64,000 nucleotides of DNA from an uncultured Eubacteriales bacterium (GTDB taxonomy: Bacteria; Bacillota; Clostridia; Christensenellales; CAG-138). Location of the stretch: the NCBI GenBank assembly GCA_902802575.1, contig CADCMN010000014.1, positions 3,793-67,792 on the forward strand, in the 5' to 3' direction. This document shows positions 13,529-22,804 of this stretch, piece by piece. The stretch's first letter is position 1, and every line of letters starts with the position of its first letter. The notes under the pieces were generated by a model that was not told where the DNA came from, searched no databases, and worked only from the letters and a program-made list of their open reading frames with translations. The position numbers and the translations under genes were made by a program.

Positions 13529-15352
13529 ATGGAACAAACACCGAAGATAAAAAAGCGATCCCCCTGGCGCCTGTTCTTTCGGGTACTGCGCCCCTACTGG
13601 GGATATCTGATATTGTCCGCCCTGTTCGTGCTGCTGGCGACCATCTGCGTGTATCTCGCGCCGTTCGTGACCAGCTTCACGCTGGACTATGTGATCCGGG
13701 GCGTGGATCCCCATATCCCTGAACCCATCTTCCGGCTGGTGGAACGGCTGGGCGGGCGGGAATATTTCGCCGAACACCTGATTCTCTGCGGCGCTGCCTA
13801 CCTGCTTTTTACCGTGCTGAACGGGCTTTTCACGTACCTTCGGCGCAGGTCCACGGCGTACGCTTCCGAAGGCATGGCCAAAAACCTCCGAGACGAGCTG
13901 TACGCGCACATCAACGCCGTGCCCTATGACTACCATAAGCATGTGTCCACCGGCGATCTGGTCCAGCGATGCACCTCCGACGTGGAGACGGTGCGGCGGT
14001 TTCTGAGCGTCCAGATGATGGACATCCTGCGGACGGCGGTCATGTTCTTCACGGCCCTTGTGATCCTTCTGCGCATCCATGTGACCATGGCTCTCATCTC
14101 CATGGTCACGCTGCCCTTTTTGGTCGTGTCCTCCTTCGTCTACTTCCGCTATGTGCAGAAGTATTTCAAGGACGCGGACGAGGCGGAGGGCCAGCTGTCC
14201 GCCGCCCTGCAGGAGAATCTGACGGGGGTGCGCATCGTCCGAGCGTTTGGGCAGGAGCGAGCGGAGTATGAGAAGCTGACGAAGCTGAACGCCAAGACCC
14301 GGGACGCCAACATCCGGCTCAATCGGCTGTTGGGCTACTACTGGGGCATGTCAGACGCCGTAGGCTTTGCGCAGATCGGCATCTCCCTGGCGGCTGGCGT
14401 CTATTTCTGCGCCAAGGGCACCATGACGCTGGGCCTCGTGACCCTCTTCTCCACCTACACCACCATGCTCACCTGGCCCGCGCGACAGCTGGGCCGCATC
14501 TTATCCGACATGGGCAAGGCCTCCGTGTCCCTCAAGCGGCTCACTGAGATCATGGATGCCGCGCCGGAGACGGAGCCAGGCAAGGCCCTTACAGTGGACA
14601 TGACCGGGGACATCCGCTTCGACCACGTATGCTTCGGCTACGATGCCCCGGACGACGTGCTGAAGGACATCTCCTTCACCGTGAAGCCCGGCGAGACGGT
14701 GGCCATCCTGGGCGCTACGGGCTCCGGCAAGAGCAGCCTGGTGCAGCTTTTGCAGCGACTCTACACCTGCACACGGGGTAAGATTACCATCGGCGACGTG
14801 GACATCAACGACATCGACCACGCCTGCCTTCGCCGGAACATCGGGATAGTGCTCCAGGAGCCCTTCCTCTACTCCCGCTCCATACGGGATAACATCCGCA
14901 TCGTGAACCCCACTGCCACCGACACCGAGGTAGAAGAGGCGGCCCGCATCGCCGCCGTCCACGACGTGATCATGGGCTTTGAGAAGGGATACGACACCCT
15001 GGTGGGCGAGCGGGGCGTGACCCTCTCCGGCGGCCAGCTCCAGCGGGTAGCCATCGCCCGGACCCTGATGCAGAAGGCGCCCATCCTGATCTTCGATGAT
15101 TCCATGAGCGCCGTGGACACGGAGACCGACGCCAAGATCCGGGACGCCCTCTACGGCATGAAGCGGGACGGCATCCTCTTTATCATCTCCCACCGCATCA
15201 CCACCCTCTGCGAGGCCGACAAGATCCTGGTCCTGGAGGGCGGTCGGTTGGTGGACATGGGCACCCATGAGGAACTGATTCAGAAACCCGGGCTCTATCG
15301 GCGCATCGCCGAGATCCAGGACGCCCTGCCGAAAGGAGGTGACGCGGCGTGA
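13529..15352 (+). CDS. Heterodimeric ABC exporter subunit A (TMD+NBD, degenerate site)
   Basis: TM domain, GATGSGKS, LSGGQLQR, degenerate Walker B IFDDS. Confidence 0.9.
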   Translation: MEQTPKIKKRSPWRLFFRVLRPYWGYLILSALFVLLATICVYLAPFVTSFTLDYVIRGVDPHIPEPIFRLVERLGGREYFAEHLILCGAAYLLFTVLNGLFTYLRRRSTAYASEGMAKNLRDELYAHINAVPYDYHKHVSTGDLVQRCTSDVETVRRFLSVQMMDILRTAVMFFTALVILLRIHVTMALISMVTLPFLVVSSFVYFRYVQKYFKDADEAEGQLSAALQENLTGVRIVRAFGQERAEYEKLTKLNAKTRDANIRLNRLLGYYWGMSDAVGFAQIGISLAAGVYFCAKGTMTLGLVTLFSTYTTMLTWPARQLGRILSDMGKASVSLKRLTEIMDAAPETEPGKALTVDMTGDIRFDHVCFGYDAPDDVLKDISFTVKPGETVAILGATGSGKSSLVQLLQRLYTCTRGKITIGDVDINDIDHACLRRNIGIVLQEPFLYSRSIRDNIRIVNPTATDTEVEEAARIAAVHDVIMGFEKGYDTLVGERGVTLSGGQLQRVAIARTLMQKAPILIFDDSMSAVDTETDAKIRDALYGMKRDGILFIISHRITTLCEADKILVLEGGRLVDMGTHEELIQKPGLYRRIAEIQDALPKGGDAA

Positions 15353-17151
15353 GTTATCAGGAAGAACAGGATTTTACAAACGAACGGGTGGACCCCAAGC
15401 TGTGGAAACGGCTCTACGCCTACGCCTGGCGCAATAAGAAGACCTTCATCATGACCATTGTCTGCCTGCTCTACGTGGCGCTGGCAGACTCCCTCTACCC
15501 CTTGCTGACCAACTACGCCGTGGACCGGTTCATCATCCCCGGTAAGAGCGACGGCACCTGGCTGTTTTTGCTGATCTATATCGCTCTGGCCTTCAGCCAG
15601 GGCTTCGGCACGCTGGGATTCATTACCCGCTGCGGCCGGATGGAGATGAACATCTCCTACGACATCCGGCAGGACGGATTTCTGAAGCTGCAAAACCAGT
15701 CCTTCTCCTATTTTGACAAGACGGCCGTGGGGTATCTCATGGCCCGGATGGTCAGCGACGTGAGCCGGCTCTCCGAGATGGTGGCCTGGAGCATGGTGGA
15801 CCTCCTCTGGTCCTCCTGCTACGCGCTCCTGTGCCTCATCATCATGCTCATCGCCTTCTTTATGGAGCGGGCGATCCTCAAGTATCAGCGAGAGGCGCGC
15901 AAGCACAACAGCCGGATCACGGGCGCCTTCAACGAGGGCATCATGGGCGCCATGACCACCAAGACGCTGGTCTATGAGGAGGAAAACGCCCGAGAGTTCC
16001 GGGAGATCACCCAAAGCATGCGCAAGGCCTCTATCAAAGCGGCCCTGATCAACGCCGTCTTCTTCCCCCTGGTTATCTCCCTCGGCGCAGTCGGCACCAG
16101 TCTTGCTCTGTATCTTGGCGGCAAGGGCGTCCTGGACCCGGGCCACGCCTTCATAGGCGAGATCTCCGCCGGTACCCTGGTGGCCTTCATCACCTACGCG
16201 GCCAGCCTCTTCGATCCCATCCAGCAGTTCGCCTCTATCTTTGCGGACTTTCAGAGCGCCCAAGCCTCGGCAGAGCGGGTCGTTGGGTTAATCGACGCCC
16301 CCATCCAGGTCCAGGACGCTCCCGAAGTGGTGGAGAAGTACGGCGATGTGATCCATCCCAAGCGGGAGAACTGGGAGCCCATCTTGGGCCATATCCGCTT
16401 TGAGCATGTAAACTTTGCCTATAATCCGGAGGAGCCTGTGCTCACGGACTTCAACCTGGATATCCAAGCGGGACAAACCATCGCCCTGGTGGGCGAGACC
16501 GGCGCCGGCAAGAGCACCATTGTCAATCTGATCTGCCGGTTCTATGAGCCCACGGCAGGCGCCATCTACATCGACGGCAAGGACTATCGGACCCGGTCCC
16601 AGCTCTGGCTCCAGAGCAGCCTGGGGTACGTGCTTCAGTCCCCCCATCTGTTCTCCGGCACCATTGCGGACAACATCCGCTACGGCCGGCCCGACGCCAC
16701 CTTGGAAGAGGTGAAGGAAGCCGCCCGTCTGGTCCACGCGGAGAATTTCATCCTGGAACAGGCCAAGGGGTATGACACGGAGGTGGGCGAAGGCGGCATC
16801 CGCCTGTCCACGGGCCAGAAGCAGCTCATCTGCTTCGCCCGGGTCATACTGGCCGACCCCCGCATCTTCGTGCTGGACGAGGCCACCAGCTCCATCGATA
16901 CGGAGACGGAGCAGCTCATCCAGGAAGCCATCACCACCGTCCTGAAGGGACGGACCAGCCTGGTGGTGGCTCACCGGCTCTCCACCATCCGCAACGCTGA
17001 CCGCATTCTCGTCATCCGTGGCGGGAAGATCCAGGAGAGCGGCACCCACGAGGAGCTGATTGCCCTGGGCGGCTACTACCACGATCTCTACGAACACCAG
17101 TTCCGGGAGGAACGGCTCCACAGCGCCATGAAGGACGCGGGGATGGAGTAA
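15349..17151 (+). CDS. Heterodimeric ABC exporter subunit B (TMD+NBD), apparently lacking one TM helix
   Basis: GETGAGKS, LSTGQKQ, VLDEATS. GTGA overlap with subunit A. Confidence 0.9.
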   Translation: MSYQEEQDFTNERVDPKLWKRLYAYAWRNKKTFIMTIVCLLYVALADSLYPLLTNYAVDRFIIPGKSDGTWLFLLIYIALAFSQGFGTLGFITRCGRMEMNISYDIRQDGFLKLQNQSFSYFDKTAVGYLMARMVSDVSRLSEMVAWSMVDLLWSSCYALLCLIIMLIAFFMERAILKYQREARKHNSRITGAFNEGIMGAMTTKTLVYEEENAREFREITQSMRKASIKAALINAVFFPLVISLGAVGTSLALYLGGKGVLDPGHAFIGEISAGTLVAFITYAASLFDPIQQFASIFADFQSAQASAERVVGLIDAPIQVQDAPEVVEKYGDVIHPKRENWEPILGHIRFEHVNFAYNPEEPVLTDFNLDIQAGQTIALVGETGAGKSTIVNLICRFYEPTAGAIYIDGKDYRTRSQLWLQSSLGYVLQSPHLFSGTIADNIRYGRPDATLEEVKEAARLVHAENFILEQAKGYDTEVGEGGIRLSTGQKQLICFARVILADPRIFVLDEATSSIDTETEQLIQEAITTVLKGRTSLVVAHRLSTIRNADRILVIRGGKIQESGTHEELIALGGYYHDLYEHQFREERLHSAMKDAGME

Positions 17152-17163
17152 ATCGAACCACAT

Positions 17164-17194
17164 AAAAAAGGAGCGAGGATCCCTCGCTCCTTTT
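17164..17194. terminator. Bidirectional intrinsic terminator
   Basis: AAAAGGAGCGAGG-ATC-CCTCGCTCCTTTT between convergent genes. Confidence 0.85.
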
Positions 17195-17206
17195 GCTTAT
17201 ATGGCG

Positions 17207-18208
17207 TCAGACGTATTCCACCTCGATCTTGCCGAAGGACACATCCCCGGTGATCCGGATTTGGATCTCAGCGGCAGGGTTCCCCGGCGGGCACTCGCAC
17301 CCGCCAAAGGCGGCCTTGCACATGGCCTTGGCGCCTACCGCGGCCGGGAGCCGAACGGTGAGAGAGCCGAAGGAGATGTCCGCGTCGATCTGGGCGCCGT
17401 TTTGGATCTCCGCCTCAGTGAGGTCCAGAACCAGGCTGCCGAAGGAGGAATCCACCTTGGCGCCGGTGAAGGGATTTCCGGGCTGGACCCGCTTGGTCTG
17501 GCTGGAGAAAGCCGAATCAATGTGGATGAAGCCGCCCTCGTCCGTGCAGTCGAAGACCGGGTCGCCCTTCTCCACCTCGAAGAGGCCGCTGTCCTTCTTG
17601 TCCCGCTTGGGCAGGAGGAAGTGCAGGAGGATGGTGATGCCGATGAGGATCAGCGCCACCGGCCAGGCCATGGCCCAGGTGAGCCGATACTGGGCCGGGA
17701 TGATGTGCAGATTGAACAGGAGCATGTATGCGCCAAACAGGAACAGGCCGATGCTGACCGGGTTCAGCTCCGAACGGCAGGCCAGGATGCCCATGCAGGC
17801 CACCAGGAAGGGCCAAAGCACGCTCCAGAATGTGATGCCCTCCCCCAGTTGGATCACATGAAGCGCATTCAGCAGGAAGACCACGCCGATAGCCATGAGC
17901 AGCAGGGCAAAGATCACTTTCTCCGCCTTGTTCAGCTTCAGGCGGACGGACACATGGTGCTTTCCGCCGGCTTTAGCCTCTGCCTCATATGGTTGTATAG
18001 GCGCCCGGCCCAGCAGCTCGTCCGTGGTGACGCCCAAAGCCTCCGCCAGCTGGGGCAGTATAGAGATGTCGGGGCAGGAGAGATCGTTCTCCCACTTGCT
18101 CACCGCCTGGGCCGTGACGCCTACCTGCTGTGCCAGCTGCTCCTGGGTCATGCCCTTGCTCTTGCGCAGATCGCTGATCCGCTTTCCCATGGTCTCCTTG
18201 TATTCCAT
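17207..18208 (-). CDS. XRE-family HTH fused to a LiaF/LiaI-like transmembrane region and a DUF2154-like beta domain
   Basis: LRKSKGMTQEQLAQQVGVTAQAVSKWE HTH, four hydrophobic helices with WP motifs, repeated xxFGSL beta motifs. Confidence 0.8.
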   Translation of the reverse strand: MEYKETMGKRISDLRKSKGMTQEQLAQQVGVTAQAVSKWENDLSCPDISILPQLAEALGVTTDELLGRAPIQPYEAEAKAGGKHHVSVRLKLNKAEKVIFALLLMAIGVVFLLNALHVIQLGEGITFWSVLWPFLVACMGILACRSELNPVSIGLFLFGAYMLLFNLHIIPAQYRLTWAMAWPVALILIGITILLHFLLPKRDKKDSGLFEVEKGDPVFDCTDEGGFIHIDSAFSSQTKRVQPGNPFTGAKVDSSFGSLVLDLTEAEIQNGAQIDADISFGSLTVRLPAAVGAKAMCKAAFGGCECPPGNPAAEIQIRITGDVSFGKIEVEYV

Positions 18209-18298
18209 AGCGACCTCCCGTGTTTTTTGTTGGCTTCATCATACCACAAAAGATGCGGTTGGGGTATCATCCGATGAGATAATTTGTATTTTTTCGTA

Positions 18299-18313
18299 TC
18301 AACCAGCGGTTGA
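18299..18313. promoter_or_regulatory. Palindromic putative XRE operator TCAACC-N3-GGTTGA
   Basis: Perfect inverted repeat between the divergent XRE gene and def. Related half-sites at about 18254 (GCGGTTG) and 18321 (TCAACCGC). Confidence 0.5.
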
Positions 18314-18347
18314 GTGCCGCTCAACCGCACAAAAATGGCGTGATTTC

Positions 18348-18376
18348 TTTACAAAAGGCCCGGGGCAAGGTATAAT
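18348..18376 (+). promoter_or_regulatory. Sigma-A promoter of the def-fmt operon
   Basis: TTTACA-17bp-TATAAT. Confidence 0.65.
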
Positions 18377-18404
18377 AACATGATGTATATAGGAGGAGTA
18401 TGCC

Positions 18405-18887
18405 ATGGCGATCAGGACCATTCGCAAGGAGAAGGATCCTTGCCTGTATAAGAAGTGCCGGGAAGTCACCGCCTTTGATGAACGGCTGTCCCAGTTGATC
18501 GACGATATGTTCGATACCATGTACGACGCGGACGGCGTGGGCCTGGCCGGGCCCCAGGTGGGGGTGCTGCGCCGGGTGGTGGTCATTGACGTGGGCGGTC
18601 CTGAAGGGGAGAACGCTCCGGTAGAAATGGTGAACCCCCGTATCCTGGAATCCTCCGGCCTCCAGGGGGGTATGGAGGGCTGTCTCTCCTTCCCCGGTCA
18701 AAGCGGTTACGTGGAGCGTCCGAACTATGTGAAGGTGGAAGCATACGACCGCCATGGCGATCTGTATGAATATGAGGGCGAGGGGCTCTTCGCCCGGGCC
18801 GTTTTCCATGAATGCGACCATCTGGACGGAAAGGTGTACCTGCCCCTGGTGAAGGAACCGCCTGCTGATTTCAAGGGAGAGGAATAG
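18405..18887 (+). CDS. def: Peptide deformylase
   Basis: GVGLAGPQVG, EGCLS, HECDHLDG. Confidence 0.96.
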   Translation: MAIRTIRKEKDPCLYKKCREVTAFDERLSQLIDDMFDTMYDADGVGLAGPQVGVLRRVVVIDVGGPEGENAPVEMVNPRILESSGLQGGMEGCLSFPGQSGYVERPNYVKVEAYDRHGDLYEYEGEGLFARAVFHECDHLDGKVYLPLVKEPPADFKGEE

Positions 18888-18890
18888 CTC

Positions 18891-19820
18891 ATGCGCATCG
18901 CTTTTTTCGGCACCCCGGAATTCGCTGTACCCACGCTGCAGGCTTTGGCGAGAACAGACCACACGCTGGCCGTGTTCACCCAGCCGGATCGCCCCGTGGG
19001 ACGCAAGGCCATCCTGACGCCGCCGCCGGTGAAGGCTGCAGCGCTGGAACTGGGGCTGCCGGTGTATCAGTTTGAAAAGATTCGAAGCGCTGAGGGCTGC
19101 GCCGCCATCCGCGCCTTTGGGCCCGATCTCTACGCCGTGGTGGCTTTCGGCCAGCTGTTCAGCGAGGAGAACCTGTCCATCCCGCCCCTCGGGGCCATCA
19201 ACGTCCACGGCTCCCTTCTGCCCCTGTATCGGGGCGCCTCTCCCATGCAGCAAAGCGTCATCGACGGGCAGGCCGTGGTGGGCGTGTCCACCATGCAGCT
19301 GGTGAAGCGCATGGACGCCGGGGATGTGCTGATGACGGCCGAGACGCCCCTGGGCGAGAACGAGACCTATGGTGAGCTGTCCGTCCGTTTGGCGGAGCTG
19401 GGCGCTTCGCTGTTTCTCAAGACCCTGGATGCTTTGGAGCGCGGCGATCTGACGCCTCAACCTCAGGACGAGGCAAAGGCCACCTACTGTAGGATGCTGA
19501 CCCGGGACAGCGGGAAGATCGACCTTGCCGCCTCAAGACAGGTCATACACAATCTGATCCGAGGCACCAACCCCTGGCCCGGAGCCTATGCTCTGCTGGG
19601 TGAGGAGAAGCTGAAGCTGTGGCGCACCGTGCTTTCGGATGCGGAAGCTCCCTCCGGGCTGCCCGTGGGCGGGCTCTTCGGGGACGCCAGAAAGGGGCTG
19701 TTCCTCCACTGTGCGGACGGAGCCCTGGAAATCACCGAATTGCAGGCCCCCGGCGGCAGGAAGCTGGACGGGAAAGCCTTCCTGCGGGGGAAGAACATCG
19801 TCGGGAGCGTGCTTTCATGA
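18891..19820 (+). CDS. fmt: Methionyl-tRNA formyltransferase
   Basis: FFGTPEFA, TQPDRPVGR, NVHGSLLPLYRGASP, MDAGD. Confidence 0.95.
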   Translation: MRIAFFGTPEFAVPTLQALARTDHTLAVFTQPDRPVGRKAILTPPPVKAAALELGLPVYQFEKIRSAEGCAAIRAFGPDLYAVVAFGQLFSEENLSIPPLGAINVHGSLLPLYRGASPMQQSVIDGQAVVGVSTMQLVKRMDAGDVLMTAETPLGENETYGELSVRLAELGASLFLKTLDALERGDLTPQPQDEAKATYCRMLTRDSGKIDLAASRQVIHNLIRGTNPWPGAYALLGEEKLKLWRTVLSDAEAPSGLPVGGLFGDARKGLFLHCADGALEITELQAPGGRKLDGKAFLRGKNIVGSVLS

Positions 19821-21058
19821 ACAGCCCTCGCAGGGATGCCCTGCAGGTCTTCATGGACGTGGTGGAGGACGGCGCTTACGCCAACCTTCGGCTGAAGGAT
19901 ATCCGCCGCTCACCCGAGGAGCAAGCCTACGTGAGCTCCCTGGTGTACACCGCATTGGAGCATGTGAAGTGGGCGGACTACATGCTCTCCTTCTATGTGA
20001 AGCCCCAGAAGAAAGCGGTCCGAAACATCCTGCGCCTGGCCGTGGCGGAGCTGTTCTTCATGGATACCCCGGACTACGCCGTAGTGAACGGGGCCATACA
20101 GCTGTGCAAGGAGTGCGGCAAGGGCGCCTTGTCCGGGCTGGTGAACGCTGTCATGCGGCGGATGCTGCGGGAGAGGGACAGCCTCCCTCCCCTGCCGGAC
20201 GATCCGATCGCCCGGTTGTCCATCCAGTTTGGATGCCCTGAGTGGATCGTGAAGGAATGGCTGAACCGGTTCGGGGAACCGGACACGGTCAAGCTGCTTT
20301 CCCAGGAACCGCCCGCCATGGAGGTCCGGGCTCAGTGGCCCTTCACCAGTGAGGAGCTGGCAGCTCAGCTGCCCATCCCCTATGACCGGGGCCGGGTGGA
20401 CGACAACTGCTTCCGGCTGAGCGAGAGCCTCCCCGTCGCCTCCCTGCCTTTGTTCCGGGAGGGAAAGATCGCCGTCCAGGGCGAGGGCGCCATGGTCATC
20501 TGCCGATTCATGGGCGACATGCGGGGCAAGAAGGTGCTGGACGCCTGCGCCGCGCCCGGTGGCAAGTCCGCCTACCTCTGGTCCCTGACGGAGGGTGACA
20601 TCGACCTCACGTGCTTCGAGCTCCATCCCCATCGGGTGGAGCTCATGGCGCGGACCTTCGCCCGGCTCCATGTGACGGCGAAATGCGAAGCGAAGGACGC
20701 TACCCAAATACCCGCAGACGCCGTTCCCTCCTTCGACGCGGTGCTGCTGGACGTGCCCTGCTCCGGGCTAGGCCTCATTCGGGAGAAGCCGGACGTAGCA
20801 TTGCACCGGGAGGAACAGGCTATCGACGCCCTATGTCAGACCCAGGCGGCGCTGCTCGCCGGCTGTTCCCGGCTGGTACGCCCCGGCGGGACACTATGTT
20901 ACAGCACCTGCACCATCTCCCTGCGGGAGAACGAGCAGCAGGTGTCGGCCTTTTTGAAGGCTCATCCGGATTTTGCGCTGGACGACCAACGTCAGCTCCT
21001 GCCCCAGCGGGATGGGACCGGCGGATTCTATATGGCAAGGATGAAACGATGTATCTGA
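19817..21058 (+). CDS. rsmB: 16S rRNA m5C967 methyltransferase RsmB/Sun
   Basis: NusB-like N-terminus, LDACAAPGGKS, LDVPCSGLG, YSTCT. Confidence 0.93.
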   Translation: MNSPRRDALQVFMDVVEDGAYANLRLKDIRRSPEEQAYVSSLVYTALEHVKWADYMLSFYVKPQKKAVRNILRLAVAELFFMDTPDYAVVNGAIQLCKECGKGALSGLVNAVMRRMLRERDSLPPLPDDPIARLSIQFGCPEWIVKEWLNRFGEPDTVKLLSQEPPAMEVRAQWPFTSEELAAQLPIPYDRGRVDDNCFRLSESLPVASLPLFREGKIAVQGEGAMVICRFMGDMRGKKVLDACAAPGGKSAYLWSLTEGDIDLTCFELHPHRVELMARTFARLHVTAKCEAKDATQIPADAVPSFDAVLLDVPCSGLGLIREKPDVALHREEQAIDALCQTQAALLAGCSRLVRPGGTLCYSTCTISLRENEQQVSAFLKAHPDFALDDQRQLLPQRDGTGGFYMARMKRCI

Positions 21059-22089
21059 CTGACTTGGACAAAGCCGGCATCGCCGCCCTTATAACGGAAT
21101 GGAACCAGCCTCGTTTTCGCACCGATCAGGTGATGGCGTGGCTCAATAAGGGCGCTCGTCCGGAAGAGATGACCAACCTGCCCAAAGCCCTGCGGGAGAA
21201 GCTGTCCTCCCTTCCCTACGGCGGCAGCGTCATCGAGCGGAAGCTCATCTCCCCCAAGGATGGGACGGTCAAATACCTGTTTCTGCTGGAGGACGGGAAC
21301 CTGGTGGAGGGGGTGCTGATGCACTACAACTACGGGAACACCGCCTGCATCTCCACCCAGGTGGGCTGCCGCATGGGCTGCAAGTTCTGTGCCTCCACGT
21401 TGGAAGGCTGCGTGCGGGACCTGCGCCCCGGCGAAATGCTGAGCTTTCTCAAGCTCATGGAGCAGGACGAACCGCCCCGGGAGGGCTGGAGCCGATCCGT
21501 GACCAACATCGTGCTCATGGGCAGCGGCGAGCCGTTGGACAACTATGACAACGTGGTGACCTTCCTCAAGCGCGTGACCAGTCCCGACGAGTTGAACATC
21601 AGCCCTCGGAACATCTCCCTGTCCACCTGTGGGTTGGTGCCGAAGATATACCGATTCATGGAGGATGCGCCCCACGTGACCCTGTCCATCTCTCTCCACG
21701 CCCATTCCGACGAGGTGCGGAGGACCATGATGCCCATCGCCAACGTGTACCCCATCGGGGATCTGATCGAGGCGGCGCGGGTCTATGCGGAAAAGACGGG
21801 CCGCCGAGTGGTGTTTGAATACGCTCTGGTGGAGGGTGTGAATGATTCCCGACAGGACGCCGCGGCATTGGCTAAGCTCCTCAGAGGCATGATCTGCCAT
21901 GTGAATCTGATCCCCCTCAACAGCGTGAAGGAGCGGTCGCTCCTGGGGGTGACCCGAGCCCATGCGGAGGCGTTTGCCGGATGGCTGGAAAAGGAGCATG
22001 TTTCCGCCACCGTGAGAAGGGAGATGGGCGCCGATATCGACGGTGCTTGCGGACAGTTGAGAAGGAGGGTGATCCATGAGATACAGTAG
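21049..22089 (+). CDS. rlmN: Dual-specificity RNA methyltransferase RlmN (radical SAM)
   Basis: CISTQVGCRMGCKFCAS, MGSGEP, ISLH, NLIPLN, IDGACGQL. Confidence 0.95.
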   Translation: MYLTDLDKAGIAALITEWNQPRFRTDQVMAWLNKGARPEEMTNLPKALREKLSSLPYGGSVIERKLISPKDGTVKYLFLLEDGNLVEGVLMHYNYGNTACISTQVGCRMGCKFCASTLEGCVRDLRPGEMLSFLKLMEQDEPPREGWSRSVTNIVLMGSGEPLDNYDNVVTFLKRVTSPDELNISPRNISLSTCGLVPKIYRFMEDAPHVTLSISLHAHSDEVRRTMMPIANVYPIGDLIEAARVYAEKTGRRVVFEYALVEGVNDSRQDAAALAKLLRGMICHVNLIPLNSVKERSLLGVTRAHAEAFAGWLEKEHVSATVRREMGADIDGACGQLRRRVIHEIQ

Positions 22090-22804
22090 CCTTTCGGAAA
22101 AGGGACGTCGTCCCAACAACGAGGATGTGGTGTTCACTCGCTTTGATCCCCGATATCCTTTGCTCGCCGCCGTTTCCGACGGCATGGGCGGCCACGCGGC
22201 GGGAGAAATCGCCAGCCGCATGTCCATCGAAGCCCTGGACACCTGGACCAGGGAGCTCTGCGACGCGCCCCAAAATGTGCTGGTGGACGCCTTCTTCAAT
22301 GCCAACGCCCAGGTCATCTCCGCTGCCGAAGCGGATCGAAAGCTGCGGGGCATGGGCGCCACGATGGTGGCCGCCATCTTCTATCACGATCATTTTATCA
22401 CCGCCAATATCGGCGATTCCCGGCTGTATCTGGTGTCATCGGGGGAGATCCGGCAGGTCACCTTTGACCATTCCTATGTGCAAGAGCTGGTGCGCCGGGG
22501 CTTTCTCACCGCGGAGGAGGCCCGGAACCACCCCAGAAAGAATGTGATCACCCGCTGTATCGGCAGCGAAGCATCCTTTGAGCCGGATGTGTTCTATACC
22601 CGTTGGAACCCGAAGGATTTGGTCATCCTTTGCTCTGACGGTCTCTGCGATGCGCTTCGGGACGAGGACATCCTCGCCCTGGTGCAGCAGCAAAGCGATT
22701 TGGATTCCCTTTGCCGGGCTCTGGCGGACGCCGCCTATGAAAAGGGCAGCGCCGATAATATCTCCCTCATCCTTGTGTGCAACGAAGGGGGTGTGTCGCT
22801 GTGA
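22076..22804 (+). CDS. prpC: PP2C-type Ser/Thr phosphatase PrpC/Stp1
   Basis: NNED, DGMGGHAAGEIAS, GDSRLY, DHSYV, LCSDGL, DNIS. Confidence 0.93.
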   Translation: MRYSSLSEKGRRPNNEDVVFTRFDPRYPLLAAVSDGMGGHAAGEIASRMSIEALDTWTRELCDAPQNVLVDAFFNANAQVISAAEADRKLRGMGATMVAAIFYHDHFITANIGDSRLYLVSSGEIRQVTFDHSYVQELVRRGFLTAEEARNHPRKNVITRCIGSEASFEPDVFYTRWNPKDLVILCSDGLCDALRDEDILALVQQQSDLDSLCRALADAAYEKGSADNISLILVCNEGGVSL

